From positions 1 to 63,435 of the IMG/VR virus record IMGVR_UViG_3300033146_005951: a DNA stretch of 63,435 nt; one strand, written 5' to 3'. Source of the stretch: a virus. Its lineage: Duplodnaviria; Caudoviricetes. A program made the translations under genes and the position numbers. The notes beneath the pieces are model-generated. The model was given only the letters and a program-made list of their open reading frames with translations, was not told the DNA's origin and made no database searches. Positions 42,001-48,299 of the stretch are shown here, one piece after another (position 1 is the first letter of the stretch; each line of letters opens with the position of its first letter).

Positions 42001-43348
42001 TTTGAAAATCAAAAAAAGAGAACAGAAATTTGAAATATCAAATCCTCAGTATGAAGCAAGCTTTCAAAATCCATACGAACAACCAATTACTTATGAAGTT
42101 CAAGGTGCGCAGGAAATAGATGCAAAAATATCTGATGAAAGCATCCAAATATTTAGAGATATTTTAACAGGTGCTGTATATGCTTCTAATGTAGGTTTTA
42201 CTGGTTTTACTGGAAGTGGTGCAGCAGCTGTTGAAAGATCTAGAGAAATTTCTAACTTGATGCAAGGAATAGAAGATACTTTTGGGAAGGGCTTAACTAA
42301 TGCGTTATCGAACGCTTTTCCTTCTTTAGGCAGTCAAGCGCAAAGTTCAATGGTAGAACTTTCGCAAAAATTCACAGATTTACAAACCGCCTTATCTTCA
42401 AAAGGTTCGACAGAAGCAAATTCCGAAGTTCAATCTTTCTTGTCTTACTTAGAAGGATTGTCTAATAAAATGGGTGAAGTTCAATCAAAGATGACTGTTC
42501 CTAGTGAGAAATATACAGCCCAAATAGAAATGTTTTCTGAGGCCTTAAATACTATTAAAACTAAAGTTGCAGATTTTACTTTGGAGGCACCTAAAGAAGC
42601 AGAAGTTTTAAGTGAAGCTACAGATGATGCATCTACTGAAATGGTAGAGTCTGTAGTTCCAATGTCTAATGCAACTAAAAATTCTACTGAATCAATCAAT
42701 ATTTTTGGTTCAGGATTAATTTCTTCATCTGCAAACATTTCTGAAGCAATAAGTTCAGCTATATTTACAATTAATACAGCTGCATCTAATGTAAGAAGTG
42801 GTGGTGTAAATATGGGGCTTTTTCAAGATGGGGAATCTGAAATTTCAATGAGTGAAGTTGCTGATATGGTATCTCAGTCATTAGAAAATTTTAGTAGTAG
42901 TTTAGATAATGCTGCAGGTGGGGCCAGTGACGCTTTGGAAGATATGGGAGATGCAGCTGATAATGCTGGAAATGTATTAGGTGGTATGAGTAGGTTTGGT
43001 GCACGTACTGGTATTGTGTTACCTGGCTATGGTGGAGGAGATCGTATTCCATTTGATTTAGAGCCAGGTGAAGCAGTAATAAATAAAGAAGCTGTTCGAA
43101 TGTTTGGCAGAGATTTATTTAATAATTATAATCAAGGCAAAAGTGCAACAAGTATGCCTTCTGTAGGTAAACGATTAACTAAAGTTCGTTCTGTTGTTGA
43201 AAAGAAATTATTAAATGACGATTCTCCAATAAGAAAATTCGATATTAATTTAGCTGGTGTGCCTTTTAAGGGTCTCGCTACAGAAGATATGATCAATCAA
43301 TTAGAGAAAGGTTTGAAACGCAAACAATTAGTAGGTCAAAATATATAA
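24092..43348 (+). CDS. Giant tape measure protein (6418 aa) with a central TP901-type core and a C-terminal SNase-like domain
   Basis: Helical K/A/S/L-rich sequence; core 'EEIGESMYQLGSAGL..ITDVLTAT..FEEVTAALAVL...KGSKAG' near nt 34000-34750; C-terminal 'PGYGGGDRIPFDLEPGEAVINKEAV'; synteny. Confidence 0.9.
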   Translation: MENTIIPLSFDVSALQGQLDDITKIMNKTFASFGSKGQFKSLSTAMNSFKGSFGTINKSLKSIDSNLGLLVININKMSSSLQETGKEMSTLRQGTKDSIVTTEKLVGGFSKVQSEVKETQSLLKKPMSLNIDLGKTDLVGPLEKQLSTAQQKINQAYKFETPIGKKAISFVDETKVKNDVKVFENAYSEIKNSSDAMITYVRGTTRDILKHPMNSLEQFQNLWTRTIYNLQSHKTGREAIPLFTLTGSELGPISAAIEKLAEFRKVRRGLDVESLKSFESRPFEELAKSLSKSGFAYDELIEAARAFNVLEVTGEKHIDANIKQTKEYKVLEKAIKLYSEAVAVADRQMEKSGTVSDGQVTKVKKLKLAMDEARKSVSLKGEIVSVNALAGTLENLGDVAGTKVTAAFHKLASSSKKIGKETWAKVFEAKDIGGFQKALVVLESKLGQVGKSNPQIEALYKNFSNIKQIAETHFAAKMSAEFEEGASKSEKKIGELYTKITKLQSQVAKGELPQSALVGPFKALSKEVESLIKRSQVLNVSLDQIEQSKGPSAMRYEKGPKSSSTESRDLATTYQEGVSEKQISSLSTLQSGLRGVADQLIYANTELKVSEAAWVSWGEARKKIVFDLRKITSEFEVPVEDVSRTDISKKHRQYADYQKQIDSLVKKRKLLGMVDKSSYSESLSQMKKVLSGLPQLNDLQKRGNQIVRERKALLDATAGKEKTPEQIAHLEKLKKQYKEVKTAETEVANVTLLIANEMDVLASKSAFNPTDIARISEFAIELQRIDSLIKTISGKSSLSISADVETLQRSLGTISKDAIPIKTKITIDQKAIDKEIATLGQKFHAAMAKEPKIRTETRTKTALQTIRSTQNAIGKLDKQLFAMTDSANVALRNIRMDKALNPKDAEQLMKPLQNLVSEFSGLQKDILLIDESLTKLGSNPTEEQMQKAWSQLEPVFSNAYEKMNLFSGVYDNLSKKQGGATAATNNMVSSLERLMQKPTRAAKSFDILIDSLLRTQGIAGKTDLAKQLKSPDKAIREYAQKISASIGKARTGLDTIAGEALGPEANKKIKQNIKRAEENYVKQVADAQKRARRKLDSLIKKAEAGPGLKRSGAIDSAKAAFGKEIGASIISAKKSLEQEKERILNVPVKLKPGVEADLVLKKWKSTIQALVTDFGQGGNLAAQKFQEMYASTAGGFKFDQSLYNVASKTKSLLGQTGSFFKTMGSRSGDVLPLEEFDQLIKRQKQFQKEGALSTVALNPIIELGSVISNTANVFDKMKLAVKASASPEVIDSIQKEIDQFIRLRKTSKDSTAQLSQQTKETRGLGFTMEKFGYAIDLLIQYLEKAINKFQGLGKTAHTALSGIGSSLRGQAGLFKSGLADIEGPMFDIKPEGFKLTKPLESMFSEIYNSSLTSLQDLRKVTDKGLSAWSVSFKGGLSKTDNVIKQNGSALIGGLSKIRKSVQASTVVNWGNIIDPKGAELLRKSAVGIDLQLKELQTSIARFKTGKISEVSSFPTVKALQTQLKTVLSVSEEVKRKLAAGKLGMEHFPAVDKLQQYALQLTAAIDMIEKPYKSMKGLAGQEEKVSTKQLGKSFRSGIIGAQKELEAAVKQVKTPMKSVMVRLFEDVLSMTPTEIPQAAGMMRSLAEQFPSQMQSAFNVMGKKKYEVGKFIAKMFSIDPSEFKTVEAAMEKRGAEIPKMLLKAIFLTEGQAKFAADAKKLANQVITAPLNKALRSAGEVTMPKFETFRIGDEMMRAAKFEGEKFTQVKSQYGTYISSLINDISKLMKVSPSKTMKPILEKIFNASDVNDINAYANGMKGALSNIKDYLQKAVSGKLPKGQLAAGLGLQEEFKVAGLDIDENELSQMFEQMYKTAGQSLKDFVAQEKRWSSDSIKDLIILMEYWENLGGMVDMVTKKIPKVSNMKNISETMFKGTESGSVAAGRDMARLMVTALTSTLSEGSGIKQPLAAMIGKSPEVIFEIMRGTNQKLKNELRDLGFNLRGSTTDLVKSISKLGDVKVGTEWFEQYRLANERFNIEGEKTGIVLKKIRDGFNTITPLSSEGLSELATRSQDFLTRAGIAFESFDTKLFKHSINFNAFSEKEKANVGKYTNILSKGMRTIGQFLQEDPFSGSIMRLVREEDVLWEKLIVSADKGGKKLKTSIQSELARALDTTKREGINLNRLFKGTGKVPELQEIIGQLMELRKTKRAVDTEMMAPGVRPFSNLIKDASLLQGTLLTAFGSISKGLSRVGETGKVDIKMGNSIRNLDTVTQHLNILQAEIDETIAYAKKTGQTLPLEFQLVTRSVSDMGSSLNSSYEVLKKLPTHAKVSEKDMEKLAETVNKSASALKKFDQIDLKEFSSRVGTAMSIAMNKVNAFSKQAQIRPSFQLGKTGVDQILKATGSDSDKMIQQWRESAVAGGDTWKQMTMFLKELEPEMKGIFERFASKPRLLLKAFDKMTPQMRILMSLYFNEMGHSTAQGFQKWMQTYDKYFSGMTKTNKRHLETFLGYTSQTMASFKAPDVTKYFAPETGLEADKTTEGLKRLGNALSKLGINMKELKDLSGDTSWLKKWGEAFATPIDWDFGPGKGKTIQLTGTFSMFAKAITHVGEGLDILMTQLRRVGEETQSGAIQKGIKQLVALIMQLDAEFSKTSKFKLSIGAGLSTSLKPLRDVGYAINSFFDAMEKIKLASDFTLTQKEISSFGNIVIITMNQVAAAMSPAVKALTGFANTTAVKRFSQFAQGLRDLVAATKDLYQFTAVFSEIDKDSKKGATALGHFEKVMKSMMILLNSIPDISKKLNFGVSKDAANNARMLVEVLKPLAQSMLMIGEAFKGNVNIESNMKRFSSALKGMINVIRSVDLDPVTKDLLNDIRKLTQIFSSKALVATPDEAEKRLQVLAQVIEQGSNKVAQKTKQGIEKMNRASKTPKTDFLTDLGITPGKATGGGGIVSDLMDIQTSFSEPVPNFDASEQAMGHLASAGKEVGKVLQVINNAVIKLGSEFKEILPGEEKFITELTQLAALNPAAAIDKLNIKLNSLGKNLAGDNLKKSQDAIQGFIIELLNGAAGLKSMGAAGTELQKIHDNLNKDTVSTKELTIALTKVKGVLKSVEVESAKLDLQNRLLKTRGEAKGVHTEIKSLLMSMKALGPEFRKSLSTGDARREFLSYSNELGSKLETAMGPMRAFSGFKGVSEEIKKMTSSMAVLKSQSQGMVTLADRFTGKLRIAGDQFLNLVAYQTRWYVSQQIFFMGFGQIQKILSNFGALDIQVRRVLRVLRDSNNAVLGIDSSIRALSGAGVKWASDWAQNMEVMFKAQTRSTFYSLFKQLGTTSEEIGESMYQLGSAGLQANEVMSAIEPTLRMIIATEGEVKDTTRLIAGVFNLYGNSIEGARTNTEKFVYITDVLTATFRDHMVTIGELITGISYTIATAKLSGMQFEEVTAALAVLNDNMLKGSKAGRAFNRMLLNSTKRLDETKDILQAIGNQANIGVDLTKIFEGLEVSGARPFDYIIQAGIAMQEQLKTANLTVENLTRTFKSMGVVGARAFAILLLKAGDYEKTLFQLKYAAFSAGEDMSELLIGGFDRSIHRIEGFTRAGYARVMGIARGGVTVLASMVQQVESGIKRISEMPFIPDIPDVKSYISFFGVVATGAAIFAGIKKKPLPGLDALRFDKWAKGINKFTLNIDQNRTALKLLNVELRKTGLNAINLGQAYETAANKMTAMSKMGSTMSTFKGLTGLTSSFKPQQQLIISGLKDIERAYTKVTSGKWSMGDLTEFNSQMKSIAAFEPTFLAREKEFTIKTNLTRTISEFQRGSISADQFRDRLNAVHKETIKASGMSNLTTKLDIFEKELASGSMTMSQYTTKLRQLGIEANKLGSIKTFGLGAVSTKGFAESFKGMSKLNKLYSSNMDQMSKIGIKSMDQVFNLVRNPAAWSEFASNMTKSYSKFDSQTQKVSNQFGRLVDQISTPIRKVSIGISQDAMEKDFVKQTKSMSVLKESWKGFAGGVGLGTSKLTSWFKTMRKVMSGIVPQIGEFDSSFSKAVAKREALVKVAAGFRGIGGAARGAAIAVKGFLASTIALLALSVAVQKAFEWFEKLSRGTEYYAQILGTVNAEFNKTVASLTGNISGITRYVDKLSELRESMNMRLKIDADIETKEFNRDLSHLSGLLEGTFQFENFEFNVKYGTVTDAIVAWRDLNDVIANLKEETSNKAIGRFVELGNEYKKASEIYKNTITTALEGSWLKSRWDSFRGKEKSTSLKIKIEDLSDPDKVKFKRQGQEAAKLMIDSAKIVLQQGATTFDLVWDKNSIATFDRQLNNVFESTTLFGDSLKTTNLKFNVFIKRMKQSAKTAELFDQFKEVGENLNKVFQVGGAEEFATFMKMFPNLASESKDEVKGLADSWASLGEDERAVVLINAARKDLKLFHKSMKAVSADGSMLQAADSTKKFVEVAITDISMLNTSIAQMGGTLAREFESTWSRAWGQWVNEGVTASLDVDKALTGSFEYGSKSILGKLERDISKTTDPIVKSFTSAYTKVGSVWAKETSKMIKDNKLPKAFSNWGNELRVALTSPWAKARSAQDEWRSGMNNAVDAAMMRFNLLQESMSKMGSLVSEEWLRAQSAISNNTSFGSEKDGEDAIEKFTDGIEKSLKAAIKSGHKGIQDLAKAMSGDVSGAIDLTVKRMERLTNVIAQAKSLSIEVKDAISKWEGSIVLTNKVLSVTLDYLKKFAKNADISKTVRDMNVALLKNEKLRAKEAFERGKKLGVSDEDKLKGAKTYLERLDQINEKLMSSAVESLKKHISDKAKAEKKEMIERHKRENRAAKESQSLRKISYREEVKDAKIQAASIKKIEKLRWKRPGYKADVDQKIENEKMWGERSRDENRHNSEMSAQQKKFNDDATKARKERQAAELKTLEETGGKTAKSMQKLAEVLADIDSGELKIKSMDELLVHITSLGDPELTKNFKLYLDEIKNTNVEISSIGVEAKEVADRAEKSRLETKDALKSLVSLQEKLTKYSETVSKQSKVIADLLKREGLTQAIQALSAMGFNVKLDKEGVFKDDKTLGMFNKLIGEASEGLVDAANKLQAQVQPIKAFGKIPVEKEDVVSSISRQLLNLGKSFPEVSSHIDELSTQFIIQLDRMKASGKTQEEIDSRLGVVLSSITGISDDAKNLNPTSMSSYLDDITSMLKITSNDLKQIDISNIQPSTTKALLQEKIQPIASETTLKNIQKNQNKIDSFVSELPQWTEVADKVEEVAISSFEDVSQMAQNIFDAQKKKVQEGYLARDDFRLRDGKLQKRTAQADVVLGKMIPIDITKILDADTFQTKIGDAVVNLRLAFIDALESNQAGSTLQTEGIRNLVDEYKKSGYSIQAFFKEYDEKSNRLISTIYATKDGESIDINQEAIARGIAQVFVPKGIISTEDRNVIQGYGKIQEAAKEMSAGIHGFSQWLSTTYPNMTMQLPENFREIVGRGDEVDIRTILENESKLKVAFNEYLDKLGKSPIYTEEEMAVTDNAVNQLLKLGSTKGSIFVHDVHLDESIKNLFSAIKAPGVNYEIQQMPEINSEVSGNSIKNATVKLEESTFKVSELMQNLEGVFDQNFIKTLLDALPTTQDTTENLMSKLAQEFSDLRDVFVKGVQSIISAIISKQLVVNLPNNNEMANNIKKFTDQATEKGSIFTHDIHSESAIVDSAKQSKEGLSKVAKAQSETSVKVGNYIFELDKANDRIFPAATTGVFGVEGLAYEKFKALEFKIPDEDVKGLSEGIVNSMKQYAAQDKRRSETTLPSKDWSDQEYRSLKLTNAFDTVIPQLYDTVAELSKSVPESAYKEMISAVNDASMTLSNFSREKLGGNQSIVYDVLMEARNKINSISQQSQIQTKLQPDNTSSRVGLIQESSNFINSMSKVTDQFNEEFLINNKLLNTIKSTDLSGSMFDRDKIKNLSMEIVNGMILIKDSTTGIAHGFKTAEEAVAKIGDTTFNALKIKKREQKFEISNPQYEASFQNPYEQPITYEVQGAQEIDAKISDESIQIFRDILTGAVYASNVGFTGFTGSGAAAVERSREISNLMQGIEDTFGKGLTNALSNAFPSLGSQAQSSMVELSQKFTDLQTALSSKGSTEANSEVQSFLSYLEGLSNKMGEVQSKMTVPSEKYTAQIEMFSEALNTIKTKVADFTLEAPKEAEVLSEATDDASTEMVESVVPMSNATKNSTESINIFGSGLISSSANISEAISSAIFTINTAASNVRSGGVNMGLFQDGESEISMSEVADMVSQSLENFSSSLDNAAGGASDALEDMGDAADNAGNVLGGMSRFGARTGIVLPGYGGGDRIPFDLEPGEAVINKEAVRMFGRDLFNNYNQGKSATSMPSVGKRLTKVRSVVEKKLLNDDSPIRKFDINLAGVPFKGLATEDMINQLEKGLKRKQLVGQNI

Positions 43349-43366
43349 TAATGGAGGAATTCAATT

Positions 43367-43879
43367 ATGGCCGAACAAGCCACTAGGATTGCTGATCAAG
43401 ATGAAGGTGATTATATTGCTACTCGAGATGCTTATGAGCAAGATACAGAATCTCATAGTAGAGTAGTACAGATGGTTGAAATAACTGCTCGACAATTAAC
43501 TACAGTACTTACAATTAGAGGTTCTGGTGGTGCAATTAGTTCAGCTGATGGTGTTAATCTTTTAAGTCTTCCTACGGATTTAACAAATAATTTGTTAACT
43601 GTAGGAGATAAAACAGTTCTTATTGTTATGCCTGAGCATACATCCAGTAGTGGAAATGTATATATTACACCCATTATATTTAATTCTTTAGATGCTGTTG
43701 TTGGCGTAAGAGCAACTAAAGCATCTGGAATGGGTTCTTATGCTTTTAGGTATGGATCTGGATCCGGTAATTATGCATCTCCTCAATTACAATGGGATAT
43801 TATGGGGGCAGAGAAGATAGGTTTGCATATAACTCAAATCGATGCTGGAAGTGTTGTGCTTAAAGGAGGCTTGATATAA
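43367..43879 (+). CDS. Hypothetical tail-region protein
   Basis: RBS ggagg; follows TMP. Confidence 0.7.
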   Translation: MAEQATRIADQDEGDYIATRDAYEQDTESHSRVVQMVEITARQLTTVLTIRGSGGAISSADGVNLLSLPTDLTNNLLTVGDKTVLIVMPEHTSSSGNVYITPIIFNSLDAVVGVRATKASGMGSYAFRYGSGSGNYASPQLQWDIMGAEKIGLHITQIDAGSVVLKGGLI

Positions 43880-45108
43880 TGAGGACTTTTGATGGTTTTA
43901 ATTCTCAACTTCTATCGGGTAATGGAAACACTATTTTGTCTGGGGCACCAGTTGAAAATATACCAAATCAAGTAAATTTCCTTCAAACATTACGTGCAAG
44001 TTATGATGCTGGAGAAGCCTATAGTTGGCTTGATAGAGCAGATGCATTAAAAATTTATGATTCTGTCGGTAATTTATTTTCATTTGCACCAAGTTCTGTA
44101 GAGTATGTTGAAACTGTTATTGCTGCACATGGATTGTATGCTTATGATAGTACACCTTTAAGTTCAGTACTTAGTATTCGAGATGCATTAGTTGATGAAA
44201 ACTTAAATACTAGTGCTGGGTATTCATGGACTGGTAATCGAGCTTTTGGTTTAGAGTTAATTAGTGCAGCTGAATTAATGGGTTTGCGCGTTAGGGTTAG
44301 GTGTAATACTCAAGGTTTTACTCCAGATCAATGGGCTGCAGGTTCGTCTGGTACTTTTGTCGCATATCAATCAAGTGATAATAATACGTGGACTCAAATA
44401 AAAAGTTTCTCTGTTGATGATTCAGATAATTTAAATAGGTATATTACAGATGCTGAATCAGGATATTACTATTTAGATTTTTGGTTTGATCAAGCAGTTA
44501 CTGCAAAGTATTTTAAAATATTTACATCTTCATCTTTTCAAATTTCAGATGGATCCACTAATTCTTCTTTTACCCCATGTGAAGTTTTGGGTTATGTAGT
44601 ACCAGGTGATAGCTTTGCTTCTTTACGTAACGGCTCTTTCTTTACAGGTAACAATCCATTAACTGATCCTTACACTACTTTAAGTTTATCTGGCGGTACA
44701 ACTCTTTACAATGGTACAGAATGTTCTGGTATTAGCAGTGAATGGGAGCTCGAATATAGTCTTGGGTTAAGACTTAGTAAAATAACCAAAGTTTCATCAA
44801 TGAGCATTAATGCAGTAAATTATACGGGTGGAGATAATTTTAATCCAGATCATTTTGTGGCAGGAGAATCATTTTCTATCTATCGTTCATTTGATAACAT
44901 TTATTGGGATGCATTGGTTACTGCAGCTGGGTCTTCTAGTGGCATAATGTCAGAAGAGCAGAATTGTGGTACTTTTGATATTGGTTTTGGCGGCTCTTAT
45001 CTTGGAAAATATTTTATTGCAATTCCAGATGATGATACTCCTCGATGGGAAGATATGGGTGGTAGTTATACTGATACTTTAAATCCGGCTGAAATTTATT
45101 TATCTTAA
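43879..45108 (+). CDS. Tail-region protein with two discoidin/galactose-binding-like beta-sandwiches
   Basis: 'FVAYQSSDNNTWTQI..FDQAVTAKYFKI' and 'FSIYRSFDNIYW..GKYFIA' repeats. Confidence 0.55.
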   Translation: MRTFDGFNSQLLSGNGNTILSGAPVENIPNQVNFLQTLRASYDAGEAYSWLDRADALKIYDSVGNLFSFAPSSVEYVETVIAAHGLYAYDSTPLSSVLSIRDALVDENLNTSAGYSWTGNRAFGLELISAAELMGLRVRVRCNTQGFTPDQWAAGSSGTFVAYQSSDNNTWTQIKSFSVDDSDNLNRYITDAESGYYYLDFWFDQAVTAKYFKIFTSSSFQISDGSTNSSFTPCEVLGYVVPGDSFASLRNGSFFTGNNPLTDPYTTLSLSGGTTLYNGTECSGISSEWELEYSLGLRLSKITKVSSMSINAVNYTGGDNFNPDHFVAGESFSIYRSFDNIYWDALVTAAGSSSGIMSEEQNCGTFDIGFGGSYLGKYFIAIPDDDTPRWEDMGGSYTDTLNPAEIYLS

Positions 45109-45111
45109 GAT

Positions 45112-45540
45112 ATGGAAATAAAATTAATCATAGTTGCAGGTTCATTTGAGATAATATTACCTCCTGATTTAATTTGGGTTAATGAATTTGATTGGGTTGC
45201 TATTGCAGGTGGTGTTGATCGAACTCTTGGAGGCACTCAAATAATCTGGGCTAATCCTATTCAAAAAGGAAGACCTATTGATTTAGTTGCAAATGAGACA
45301 AGAGGCTGGTTAACAAGAGAAACAGTTGAACTTTTACATAATGCATTAGAAGCAATGACCCCAATGGAATTAGTATTTACATATTCAGATACTTCAATGT
45401 CAGGTAATCCCTTTACTTTTAATGTTGCATTTAGATATCATGAACCACCTGCAGTTGAAGTTCAACCATTAATGGCATCAAGAGTAGAATTTAGTAATAA
45501 TGATAAATACATAGGAACAATTAAATTGATGGAGGTCTAA
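45112..45540 (+). CDS. Putative distal tail (Dit-like) protein
   Basis: LPPDLIWVNEFDW..RTLGG..GRPIDL..GWLTR..TIKLMEV pattern of post-TMP siphophage proteins. Confidence 0.6.
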   Translation: MEIKLIIVAGSFEIILPPDLIWVNEFDWVAIAGGVDRTLGGTQIIWANPIQKGRPIDLVANETRGWLTRETVELLHNALEAMTPMELVFTYSDTSMSGNPFTFNVAFRYHEPPAVEVQPLMASRVEFSNNDKYIGTIKLMEV

Positions 45541-45546
45541 GAGACA

Positions 45547-45891
45547 ATGAAGAATATTGTATTTTTTGATGATAGGTCACAGACAGAAACTACGTTGGTG
45601 TTAAATGAAAATGGTGAAGTTATTGGCATAGAAACATATTTTGCTACACCAAGAGAATTGTCTTCTTTTTTTAATAAAAATGAAATATTTCGACAACAAC
45701 CGGTTCCTAGAATAAGCAAACCAAATTCTCATGCGCAAAACAAGAGAGTTGATTTACCTCCTCAATTTAATGCTTTAGATTCAAATTTGCAATTTGCACC
45801 GGATCATCTTGCACCGAATCATCCAAATGTGCGATTTGAAATTTCTAAAAATACGCCTTGTGGTGGGCCAAGACAAAGACCTTGTAAATAA
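45547..45891 (+). CDS. Hypothetical protein
   Basis: Co-oriented ORF in the tail operon. Confidence 0.6.
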   Translation: MKNIVFFDDRSQTETTLVLNENGEVIGIETYFATPRELSSFFNKNEIFRQQPVPRISKPNSHAQNKRVDLPPQFNALDSNLQFAPDHLAPNHPNVRFEISKNTPCGGPRQRPCK

Positions 45892-45900
45892 GGAGATACT

Positions 45901-47319
45901 ATGACTATTGCACGATCTGATTTAAAATTTGTTAAAAGTGCAACTGTTACTGATACAAATGCAAATGGTGGCCGAATGAGTTATATCGAAGTTCTTAATC
46001 GAACCAAATATAACTTATTTCCAAGAGTAACAAAACCTGAACGCACTGCTGGTATAACCAGGTATCGAAAAGAATTTGTTTGGAATGCAAATTCAAGTGA
46101 CGAAACAGCTTTTGATGTTTTAGCTTATTTAACATTACCAAGTTTAGCAGATGATGCATTTAGAATTGCTGCAGGTTCACAAACAGATATTCAAAGCAAT
46201 ATTGATTCAACTTATAAATGGTATGGTTCAGGTTATTTAAGTGCTGATGTAAATGCTGGAGACGATACTATTTCAATTGATTTTGAAGATACTAATGTAG
46301 ATCTTGAAAATGGCATTTTGTTGGCAATTAACAGTCACATACTTTTAAATGAAGACGTTAATTCAACAGTAAAGCCTTTAGATCAAGTTTATTATAATGG
46401 ATCCCAGTGGGTGTCACAGGCAGCACCTACTGTTGAAGAAGAAGATGTTCATCCTTATGGTACTTGTCTTGAATTACTTGGTGGTAATAAAGCCAATATT
46501 TTTTCATATAGCAATAATGGTCATTTAGAGTATCATTATGTTGATGCAACAGTTTCAACTGAGAATATGTCACCTGCTCCTGACGGATCACAAACAGCAT
46601 TTTCATTAACTTGTTCTAATACTCCAACTAAAGCAGGTTCATTCCATATTCAATATACTATAGGAACCTCTGTATATGATGCTTATGATGATGGGTCTGG
46701 AAATATTTCAGGAGCTAATATTTCATCAGGTTCAGTTAATTATTCTACTGGAGTTGTAGATATTACTTTTTCTACTGCACCAGATAATGGATCTACAATT
46801 CCTGTTGCATATCAAAAAAATAATGTCACTTGGACTGGTAATACTGTAGCTGTAAAATTAGCAGATACTTTATTGAACAATTATGTAACCACTAACACTG
46901 TTGTAGGAATGTGTTTGAGTTTAGGTGACTTAGAACCAACTAAATCAAAATTTTCTGAAAATCTTCAAGGTGGATCATTTGATGAAGATCAAATTGTTTT
47001 AGCTAACAAAGGTACTATAGAGCAAAGATGGACTCTCACTTTTACAAATGGATCTGATTTTACTTGTGTTGGGGATACTGTTGGTTCTGTCGGTGCTGGT
47101 AATTATGTGAGTACTTTTGCACCAAATAACCCTGATCAAGGATCTCCTTATTTAACAATACCTGCATCATGTTGGGTTGGTGTTACTGCAATTGCAGGTA
47201 ATACTGTAGTAATTGACACTCATCCTTCTTCTTTTGGGATTTGGTGGAGAGAAAATGTTCCGATAAATACAAATGCATATAGTAATAATTTAACTTTATT
47301 AGAAATATATGTTGAATAA
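45901..47319 (+). CDS. Virion structural (tail tip) protein
   Basis: MTI..SDLKFVKS....DTNANGGRM..NLFP.V...ER.AG..RYRK N-terminus; contains a copy of the tube-insert domain. Confidence 0.7.
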   Translation: MTIARSDLKFVKSATVTDTNANGGRMSYIEVLNRTKYNLFPRVTKPERTAGITRYRKEFVWNANSSDETAFDVLAYLTLPSLADDAFRIAAGSQTDIQSNIDSTYKWYGSGYLSADVNAGDDTISIDFEDTNVDLENGILLAINSHILLNEDVNSTVKPLDQVYYNGSQWVSQAAPTVEEEDVHPYGTCLELLGGNKANIFSYSNNGHLEYHYVDATVSTENMSPAPDGSQTAFSLTCSNTPTKAGSFHIQYTIGTSVYDAYDDGSGNISGANISSGSVNYSTGVVDITFSTAPDNGSTIPVAYQKNNVTWTGNTVAVKLADTLLNNYVTTNTVVGMCLSLGDLEPTKSKFSENLQGGSFDEDQIVLANKGTIEQRWTLTFTNGSDFTCVGDTVGSVGAGNYVSTFAPNNPDQGSPYLTIPASCWVGVTAIAGNTVVIDTHPSSFGIWWRENVPINTNAYSNNLTLLEIYVE

Positions 47320-47346
47320 ATAAAATTTAAACAGGAGGTTAGTTAA

Positions 47347-47778
47347 ATGGCTATTGTATCAACCTTAAGTAATCATTATAAATTTCAAGTTCTCAGTGGG
47401 AATATTGATTTTGATGCCGATACATTTAAAATGATTTTGCTTGATTCATCATTTGCATTTAATGAGGATTCTCATGCAACTTATTCTGATGTAAGCGCAA
47501 ATGAATTAAGTGGCGGGAATGGGTATACTGTTGGTGGTGAAACTATGACAGGAGTATCTGTTATTGAAGATGATTCTAATAATAGAGGTCGCGTCACTTG
47601 GGATAATGTTCAATGGGATGCAAGTGGTGGTTCGATTGGGCCAACTGGATCTGCAGTTTTATATGATGATACAATTGCAGACAAGACTATTATTGGGTGT
47701 ATTGATTTTGATGCTGACTATACAATTTCAGATGGTAGTAGTTTGCAGCTTCAAAATATTGCAGTAAATAATTCTTAA
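47347..47778 (+). CDS. Virion structural protein
   Basis: IDFDADTFKMILL..ANELSGGNGYTVGG pattern; RBS ggaggt. Confidence 0.7.
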   Translation: MAIVSTLSNHYKFQVLSGNIDFDADTFKMILLDSSFAFNEDSHATYSDVSANELSGGNGYTVGGETMTGVSVIEDDSNNRGRVTWDNVQWDASGGSIGPTGSAVLYDDTIADKTIIGCIDFDADYTISDGSSLQLQNIAVNNS

Positions 47779-47807
47779 TTATTATTTTTGGGATAAGGAA
47801 CTGAATT

Positions 47808-48278
47808 ATGTCTTTGCTTTTGCTTTTCTCTGGTGGTGGTGGGGCTAAATTTCCAAATCTTTATGTGAGAGATGTGCAATCAGGCCAACCAGTTCCAGTT
47901 GGAGGCTTGGCAGGTTGGGATGAGGCTTTTTTGCAATCTACAACTATATGCCAAGCTCCAATGTTATTTCAAGATAAAGGAGCAGTTACTGTTGGATCTG
48001 AAACTAGCGATATTGTTAGTATGAGATCATCATCCCTTTTAATTAGAACTCTTTTTTCAGATTCTGGTGCTAATTGTGTAATTCGAGTAAAATATAAAGA
48101 TCAAAACAATGAAGTAGCATATTCAAGTAGTTATACAATCAACGCAACGCTAATCCAAATCAATACAGACTATATTGGTGAATTGCTTGAAGTAAATACC
48201 TTAGGTGCCCAAAAAGTAGCAGTATATGTAGTGTCAATTTCTGCAGGTACTGTTAGTCTTGGCTTGGCTTGTGTTTAA
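47808..48278 (+). CDS. Hypothetical virion protein
   Basis: ORF in the tail operon with RBS aagga. Confidence 0.6.
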   Translation: MSLLLLFSGGGGAKFPNLYVRDVQSGQPVPVGGLAGWDEAFLQSTTICQAPMLFQDKGAVTVGSETSDIVSMRSSSLLIRTLFSDSGANCVIRVKYKDQNNEVAYSSSYTINATLIQINTDYIGELLEVNTLGAQKVAVYVVSISAGTVSLGLACV

Positions 48279-48299
48279 ATTTAACAACTAGGGCATAAA

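Noticed and set aside
24772-42738. Many minus-strand and off-frame ORFs within the TMP and other long genes
   Set aside because: Shadow ORFs expected from codon bias; no RBS or recognisable motifs
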